Below, one piece after another: positions 58,064-64,000 of a stretch of DNA of 64,000 nucleotides. The stretch comes from a virus (Duplodnaviria > Caudoviricetes), in IMG/VR virus record IMGVR_UViG_3300021400_001366, positions 1 through 64,000 of that record; one strand, given 5' to 3'. Below the pieces are notes generated by a model. It made no database searches. It saw only the letters and a program-made list of their open reading frames with translations, and had not been told where the DNA came from. Made by a program: the position numbers and the translations under genes. How positions within the stretch are numbered: position 1 is the first letter of the stretch; every line of letters starts with the position of its first letter.

Positions 58064-58597
58064 ATGAAGATTCTTTTCAGGGGTCGTAGCAACGATATAT
58101 GGTACTATGGAGATCTGGTTCATAAAGGCTCTCAGCCACAAATCATTGGATGTACACCGTTCGAATATCGTCAGAGGACGGTAATAATCAACAAGAAAGT
58201 TGATGTTGAGAGTGGTACGGTAGGTCAGTACAGCGGCATTAAAGATCAACGCGGCAACATGATCTTCGACGGCGACATCATCAAGTATGAGCACGAATAC
58301 GAAAGTATCATTTACATATGTGTGGTCAAATATGGCAGATACGAACAGGATGGTAGCGGCGGTGAATATGGCGCGTCAGATTGTCTCGGATGGTATGTCG
58401 AAGCCAAAAGAATGATTATGCCCGACTGGATGTATGAGGATGATGCAGAGTATTATCCTCCTGAATATGAGTTCCAGAGAGGGCTTCTTGAAGTTAACAA
58501 ATCCTGCGAGGTCATAGGTAACATATACGACGATAAGGAGTTGATAGGTAATGACGGTCTGGGAATTGATTGTCGAACTAAGCAAGCATCCACCTGA
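58064..58597 (+). CDS. YopX-family protein
   Basis: ILFRG...WYYGDL...GQYSGIKD..G..IFDGDII...EVIGNIYD. Confidence 0.9.
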   Translation: MKILFRGRSNDIWYYGDLVHKGSQPQIIGCTPFEYRQRTVIINKKVDVESGTVGQYSGIKDQRGNMIFDGDIIKYEHEYESIIYICVVKYGRYEQDGSGGEYGASDCLGWYVEAKRMIMPDWMYEDDAEYYPPEYEFQRGLLEVNKSCEVIGNIYDDKELIGNDGLGIDCRTKQAST

Positions 58598-58724
58598 TAC
58601 CAAGGTTGTAGATTGTTTCGACAGTGAAGTGCTGGTTGCAGTTGAAACCGATGTTCATGTAGCGCATGGCTATAAGGTTGAAGATGAGTTGACCAGGGTT
58701 GTCAGGATTTCATAGGAGGCAAGC

Positions 58725-59276
58725 ATGAGTAAACTTAGCGAAATCTGTAAGTATTACCACGACTTCAAGAATATTAAAAAGTCCGTTGGAGATATGGAGC
58801 TTGACTGTTGCGGCGACATCAATCGTGATATTGACCATCTCATTAGGGCTTGCGAATGGTATGAAAAGTGGAAGATCGACAAGGTGTACTACACCGGCAA
58901 CATTTCAAAGGTCGATGACTGGGTTGGCATTGCAAGAGTAGATCATATTCCGAATAGCACGGTAAACTTCTACAAGCCAATCGAGCTTATGCAAATCTGG
59001 TTTGCTACAGGCCCTTACATTTTCGGTGACGATTACGACAGCGACTTCTTCTCAAAGTTCTATGAAGAGATCAAGAACTCGGTGCCGAAACCAGAATATG
59101 TTGACGATCTGAATCATTCGCTGTATTATTCGCCTGAAAATGCTGCTGCTGCCTACGAAAACTATAAGCGTATCTATAAAGAGTACATGGACAAAAACTT
59201 TGAGCGCCGCAAGCAGAAGCGTATGCAGTATTTGCGTGACGAACTGGACAAGCTGGAAGGTAATCAAGATGGATGA
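58725..59276 (+). CDS. hypothetical protein
   Basis: ORF with AGGAGG RBS. Confidence 0.75.
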   Translation: MSKLSEICKYYHDFKNIKKSVGDMELDCCGDINRDIDHLIRACEWYEKWKIDKVYYTGNISKVDDWVGIARVDHIPNSTVNFYKPIELMQIWFATGPYIFGDDYDSDFFSKFYEEIKNSVPKPEYVDDLNHSLYYSPENAAAAYENYKRIYKEYMDKNFERRKQKRMQYLRDELDKLEGNQDG

Positions 59277-59490
59277 TTGGATTCTCGTCAAGGATAAGCT
59301 GCCGCCTAACGATGATTGGGTCTTAGTTACGGTTAAAGACGAAAACGGAGACACGCCTTATACATATGTTGACTTTGGCTGGTACGCAGAAGTATTCGGC
59401 TGCGGCATTTGGGTAGTTGACAACATGCTTCGACGCGACATTATGGCGTGGCAACCGCTACCCAAACCGTATCATGAGGTGAAGAAATGA
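59269..59490 (+). CDS. DUF551-like protein
   Basis: WILVKDKLP...AWQPLPKPY. Confidence 0.8.
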   Translation: MDDWILVKDKLPPNDDWVLVTVKDENGDTPYTYVDFGWYAEVFGCGIWVVDNMLRRDIMAWQPLPKPYHEVKK

Positions 59491-59622
59491 ATTGGGTTGT
59501 AACGATGATTGTAGCTGTGTTGTTCGTATTCCTGCTTTTTATATACTCTTTGTTGAGCATAAGTTCGGAGATCAGCAGAGCAGAAGAAGCATACATGCAT
59601 TACGAAGAAGGAGAGCCTGAAT

Positions 59623-59919
59623 ATGATAGCGACGCAGAAGCCGATTGAGTATTCCTACTTTCAGTTTGATGGAGATTTCATGTATTCAAATGGTGAATAC
59701 TACGTGCCGAAGTGGGCGGTTGAAGCTCTCAACGATGGCGACTTTTACTTCGGTAGCGTAAACCGGGATTCGCCGCCTTGCGATCTGTTTCTTGTGGTAT
59801 GGCGTAACGGAATCAGGATGGATGTTCTGGTCGAACCCGGTGATTATATTGTTCGCGATCCTTGGGGAAGCATTTATGCTTGCAAGGCCGAGTATTTTCT
59901 TAACGAATTTAATACATAA
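59623..59919 (+). CDS. hypothetical phage protein
   Basis: KP..Y.QFDG...GDYIVR...Y.CK..F pattern. Confidence 0.7.
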   Translation: MIATQKPIEYSYFQFDGDFMYSNGEYYVPKWAVEALNDGDFYFGSVNRDSPPCDLFLVVWRNGIRMDVLVEPGDYIVRDPWGSIYACKAEYFLNEFNT

Positions 59920-59985
59920 AATCAGCACAAACTTAATATTTAACTGATATACTGAATCAGTCGTTAGGAAATGAGAGGTGTGTGA

Positions 59986-60546
59986 ATGACCGACAAACTT
60001 TTAGGCAGTAAAATAGCTGGTGGAAACACGGCTTATGGACGGATAAAATCTGACTTTTATCCAACGCCAGCCGAGGCCACGCAAGCACTTTTAGACTTCT
60101 TACATATCCCTAAGACTTGCAAAATCTGGGAACCAGCTTGTGGCGAAGGTCATATGGTTCAAACACTCAGAAGCAATGGCTATGACGTGATTAGCACTGA
60201 CATAAATCAAGGCCAGGATTACTTAGAGATTAACAAACCGGATGGCGTTGACTGGATTATTACCAACCCACCATTCTCACATGCGGTTGAATTCATTTCT
60301 AAGAGTATAGATCATGGATTGCCATTTGCTTTCATTTTAAAAGCTCAGTTCTGGAACGCGAGAAAGCGCTATCCAATTTTCAACAAGCAGCCGCCTACAT
60401 GGATTTTGCCGTTGACTTGGCGACCTGATTTCCTGTTTAAGACCAGGGGAAAGGGTGCGCCGTTGATGGATGTGATGTGGTGTGTTTGGCTTCCTGGAAA
60501 CACAGATACTAGGTTCAAGCCATTGCTGAAACCTTTTATCGAATAG
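59986..60546 (+). CDS. adenine DNA methyltransferase-like protein
   Basis: DFYPTP, IWEPACGEGH, IITNPPF. Confidence 0.85.
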   Translation: MTDKLLGSKIAGGNTAYGRIKSDFYPTPAEATQALLDFLHIPKTCKIWEPACGEGHMVQTLRSNGYDVISTDINQGQDYLEINKPDGVDWIITNPPFSHAVEFISKSIDHGLPFAFILKAQFWNARKRYPIFNKQPPTWILPLTWRPDFLFKTRGKGAPLMDVMWCVWLPGNTDTRFKPLLKPFIE

Positions 60547-60579
60547 AGACAATCTATCAGTAAGAAATGAGGCGATATT

Positions 60580-61557
60580 ATGAACAGCTATCCGATTTTC
60601 ATTATGATGATGGGCTTGAGCGGCAGCGGCAAGAGTACGCTTGCAAGCAATTTGTACATAGATGAAAATGGCAACATTGACATCCGCGAAGAGCCGAACG
60701 CTACCGGCGATCCCGTTATTCACTCTTCCGATAATCTCAGGGCTGAATTGTTTGGTGATGTGAATAATCAGAAGAAAAACGACGAGCTGTTCATTGAACT
60801 TCATCGAAGGATTAAGCGCGACTTGGCGGCTGGCCATAACGTTATCTATGATGCGACCAACCTCAACAAGAAGCGCAGGATCGCTTTCCTTGAAGAACTC
60901 AGACGTATTCACTGCGTCAAGTATTGCTTGGCCGTAATGACTACCTTTGAAGATTGCAAGAAGAACAATGCCAAACGCGAACGTCATGTTCCCGAAGATG
61001 TTATCAAGCGGCAGTTTATGAACTGGCAACCTCCGCACTATCATGAGGGCTTTGATAACATCTGGCTTGTTTTCCCTTGCAGCGATGGTTTTAATCCTGA
61101 TTATTATGTCCATGATGCAAACTACGACAATATGAAGAAGTTCAATCAGGATAACAGTCACCACGCTTTGTCGCTGGGAGATCATTGCTTTGAAACGTTT
61201 AAGTCTTGCAGAAAGTGGGACGAAGAAAACAGCGTTCTCCAAACGGCGGCTTATCTTCATGACGTTGGCAAGCTCTATACTAAGACCTATGTCAACGCGA
61301 AAGGCGAGAAGGACGGTCAAGCGCATTACTACCAGCATGAATGTGTCGGGGCTTATGTCGCCGCTTTCATACTGAACAGCACGGGCTATCCCGTCAATGA
61401 GACTCTTGATGCTATCAACATGATCTTCTACCACATGCGGCCATATCTGGCTTGGAAGGATTCTGAAAAGTCAATGGAGAGAGACAAGAAACTCATTGGC
61501 GAGAAGATGTTTAACGACGTAATGCTGTTACATAAAGCCGATGTAGCAGCGCATTAA
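60580..61557 (+). CDS. polynucleotide kinase-like P-loop (AAA_33) plus HD-domain protein
   Basis: GLSGSGKST, SSD, YDATN; H..SLGDH...LHDVGK...HE. Confidence 0.88.
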   Translation: MNSYPIFIMMMGLSGSGKSTLASNLYIDENGNIDIREEPNATGDPVIHSSDNLRAELFGDVNNQKKNDELFIELHRRIKRDLAAGHNVIYDATNLNKKRRIAFLEELRRIHCVKYCLAVMTTFEDCKKNNAKRERHVPEDVIKRQFMNWQPPHYHEGFDNIWLVFPCSDGFNPDYYVHDANYDNMKKFNQDNSHHALSLGDHCFETFKSCRKWDEENSVLQTAAYLHDVGKLYTKTYVNAKGEKDGQAHYYQHECVGAYVAAFILNSTGYPVNETLDAINMIFYHMRPYLAWKDSEKSMERDKKLIGEKMFNDVMLLHKADVAAH

Positions 61558-61566
61558 GGAGAGTTT

Positions 61567-62208
61567 ATGGCAGAAACAAAGAAAACCAGCGTATTTGAAA
61601 AACTGTATGCGATTGACGCATCTGGCAAGATCAAGAAGAAGCAGAACCTTTCCTATATTTCTTGGGCGTCTGCACTGGCAGAAGTTAAGAAGGTATATCC
61701 TGATGTTTCATTTAATGTCTATCCTCAGGTGATGGACGATTATGGAAACACGCGCTTCTGGCATGATGATGGTAAGACTGGTTGGGTTGACGTTGGTGTA
61801 ACAATCGAAGGTGTTGAACAGCGTATTACACTTCCGATTATGAACGCCAGAAACCAGTCAATCGCCGCAGATCAGATTACTTCATTTGACGCGAACAAGG
61901 CTCAAATGCGCTGCTTGGTCAAGGCATTGGCTTTACACGGTGCGTTTACCCACATCTTTGAAGGTGAAGATTTGGCAGAGGAAGTCAGTCGTAATAACGA
62001 ACTGCAAGAAGAAGTTGGCAACCTGGTCAATAAGAAGGTAGCGCTTTCCGACAAGGCCAAAGAGAAGGTTGCCGAACTTTGCAAGGCGGCAGAAAAGGAA
62101 GCACATCCCGATTACGGCGATGATGAAATCACCGGCAACTATAAGAACATTGATGACAACGAGATTCTGGAACGACTGAAGCGGCAGTTGCTTGCCGTTC
62201 GCAAGTAA
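61567..62208 (+). CDS. Sak-like (DUF1071, Rad52-type) single-strand annealing protein
   Basis: LSYISWASA, LPIMN.RN, NKAQMRCLVKALALHG..IFEGEDL. Confidence 0.85.
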   Translation: MAETKKTSVFEKLYAIDASGKIKKKQNLSYISWASALAEVKKVYPDVSFNVYPQVMDDYGNTRFWHDDGKTGWVDVGVTIEGVEQRITLPIMNARNQSIAADQITSFDANKAQMRCLVKALALHGAFTHIFEGEDLAEEVSRNNELQEEVGNLVNKKVALSDKAKEKVAELCKAAEKEAHPDYGDDEITGNYKNIDDNEILERLKRQLLAVRK

Positions 62209-62220
62209 TAGGAGGCACAC

Positions 62221-62673
62221 ATGGGACTGAGAGATAATTCATTTGCAAAGATTTGGAGCGCGAAGAAGGGCAACGGTAATTCGTACTCCGTCAACATGAG
62301 CATTAGCCGCAAGGATAAGGAAACCGGCGAATACAAGACACAGTTTTCGGGCTTTGTGAACTTTGCCGGTGAAGCTGCTAAGAAGGTAGCCGAGCTTGGC
62401 TTACCTGCGACTATGGACAGGGAACACCCGCAGAGCCGCAGCATCCAGATCAAGGGTTCGCCTGATGTTACTACCTATTATAATCCCGATCAGTACAAGC
62501 GTCTGATGGCGGCAGCGAACGGCAACGATGAGCTTACAAAGTTTGTCCGTAGTCGAGCGAACGAAAAGTATATCACTATTTGGGATTTCGAGTTGGCAGA
62601 TGGTTCAACACCGAAGCCCCAGCAGACCGCCAAGAAGGAAGAACCTCAAGAAGAAGATGAACTCCCGTTCTAA
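62221..62673 (+). CDS. ssb: single-stranded DNA-binding protein
   Basis: next to the annealase; acidic C-terminal tail EEDELPF. Confidence 0.7.
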   Translation: MGLRDNSFAKIWSAKKGNGNSYSVNMSISRKDKETGEYKTQFSGFVNFAGEAAKKVAELGLPATMDREHPQSRSIQIKGSPDVTTYYNPDQYKRLMAAANGNDELTKFVRSRANEKYITIWDFELADGSTPKPQQTAKKEEPQEEDELPF

Positions 62674-62687
62674 CAGGAGGTTGCCGC

Positions 62688-63302
62688 ATGAACGATAATC
62701 TGGTCAATGAGTTTGAAAGGCTGCTTTTCTCAACAAAGCGGCCTGGCATTGAAAAGCTGGTTGAATACATTCGCAAGACTGATTTCTATACAGCGCCAGC
62801 AAGTACAAAGTATCATGGATGTCATGAAGGTGGACTTCTTGAACATTCGCTAAATGTATACAAATGCCTTATGGCCAAGAAGAACTCAGAGACATGGCGA
62901 GAAGTCTTTCAGAATATCACCGACGAAAACATCATCATTACCGCTTTGCTTCATGATCTCTGCAAGACCAATTTCTACGTGGTCGAGATGAAGAACAAAA
63001 AGGTATATAGCGAAACCGGCACTAAAATGGATAGTAACGGACGCTATGATTGGGTTTCTGTTCCTGGGTATTCTATTGAAGATAAGAACCCGATGGGGCA
63101 TGGCGAGAAATCAGTAATTATGATTATGAACTTCATAAAGCTGGTTCCTAACGAAACCTATGGCATATTGTTCCATATGGGATTCACTCTGCCTAAAGAA
63201 GAATGGAATACGTTAAGCGCCGCCATTCAAAAGCATCCATTTATTCTCGCTGTCCATGAGGCAGACCTCGAAGCGACGTATCTGCTGGAAAAGGAAGAGT
63301 AA
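62688..63302 (+). CDS. HD-domain hydrolase
   Basis: FYTAPASTKYH..GGLLEHSLNV, LLHDLCK, GHGEKS, HMG. Confidence 0.9.
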   Translation: MNDNLVNEFERLLFSTKRPGIEKLVEYIRKTDFYTAPASTKYHGCHEGGLLEHSLNVYKCLMAKKNSETWREVFQNITDENIIITALLHDLCKTNFYVVEMKNKKVYSETGTKMDSNGRYDWVSVPGYSIEDKNPMGHGEKSVIMIMNFIKLVPNETYGILFHMGFTLPKEEWNTLSAAIQKHPFILAVHEADLEATYLLEKEE

Positions 63303-63303
63303 C

Positions 63304-63690
63304 ATGGGAGTCAAGACTAACGAGCATCAGGCAAGGGCAGATTTGCAGTTAGTCCGCGATCTCTGGTCGAAGTATGTTAACAAAACCGTTTCATGGAGCT
63401 TGCTAAACAAGGTGCTCAACGGGTTTGTTGCGGATGGCTTTGAAACGGGTTATCTTGTGTTTGTCATGAAGTATATCATTGACCATCACAAGAAACTGAA
63501 CCATCCGCTAGGATTGAAGTATTACGTCGGAGATCAAGAAATCCAATCTGCCTATGCCAAATCAAAGATACCTAAGATAAATCCAGATCAGTTTAAAGTT
63601 GCCGAATCGCAGGACATTCCGCAGCCAGAATGTAGCTCAACGCCAAAGCGAGTAACAAGTTTTGCAGACATTCTTGGAGGTGGGACATGA
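63304..63690 (+). CDS. hypothetical protein
   Basis: ORF coupled to the helicase gene. Confidence 0.7.
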   Translation: MGVKTNEHQARADLQLVRDLWSKYVNKTVSWSLLNKVLNGFVADGFETGYLVFVMKYIIDHHKKLNHPLGLKYYVGDQEIQSAYAKSKIPKINPDQFKVAESQDIPQPECSSTPKRVTSFADILGGGT

Positions 63691-64000
63691 GAGACATAAA
63701 TGAAATTTCAGACGTTCAAGCAGAAAGCGGTATCATAGGTACATTAATCTATCACCCAGAGTTTATCATGTACTCTGACTACCTAAAAGCAAGCTACTTC
63801 ATCGGACGTGAAAATGGCGCGGTCTATTGGGCTATTGGCGAGTTGTACAAGGAAGGTATTACCACAATCGACGCTTTCAATCTCACGAATAAGATCAAGA
63901 GCAACCGCGCCGTCCAAAGGGTACTTGAAGAAAAGAATCTGATTAACGTCCACGAATACATTGAGTTATATAAGGAAACCGCAAGAAACTCTGTTGAAGA
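63687..64000 (+). CDS. dnaB: DnaB-like replicative helicase, N-terminal part (runs off the window)
   Basis: MRDINEISDVQAESGIIGTLIYHPEF...YF..EN..VYWAI.ELYKEG...ID, matching the DnaB N-terminal pattern; GGAGGTG RBS. Confidence 0.7.
   Translation, partial: MRDINEISDVQAESGIIGTLIYHPEFIMYSDYLKASYFIGRENGAVYWAIGELYKEGITTIDAFNLTNKIKSNRAVQRVLEEKNLINVHEYIELYKETARNSVE

Overview
The window is 64 kb of a large, probably temperate phage or prophage of a Bacillota (Clostridia-like) host. The host inference rests on sigma-A promoters, GGAGG ribosome-binding sites and a GAAC-N4-GTTC SOS box. No virion genes are present and nearly all genes are on the + strand. Left to right: (1) an early/leading region (about 0-21 kb) of small, often acidic genes (ArdC-N-like, LPD-domain, BRO, Ntn-hydrolase-like), with an extreme one-strand excess of GGAAAAT at 2.4-8.8 kb; (2) a control module with a tyrosine recombinase, a PemK/MazF protein and an MrpR-like recombinase-fold protein, plus a palindromic operator repeated at nine or more promoters; (3) a Cas12f1-like nuclease gene with intact catalytic motifs, flanked on both sides by paralogous leader-tracrRNA-CRISPR cassettes that have different, co-varying repeats; (4) radical SAM, PTH2 and DNA methyltransferase genes, two of them frameshifted at poly-G tracts; (5) a tRNA cluster in which tRNA-Ile(UAU) has a complete CCA-ended tRNA-like element inserted in its anticodon loop; (6) RNA-repair and nucleotide genes (intein-containing RNA ligase, Thg1, kinase-HD, nucleotidyltransferase, dUTPase); (7) a PAPS-reductase-family gene with a group I intron and a three-homopolymer cassette holding five alternative copies of one motif in different reading frames; (8) the start of the replication module (Sak-like annealase, SSB, HD protein, DnaB). 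All family calls come from motif recognition by eye; no database searches were run.
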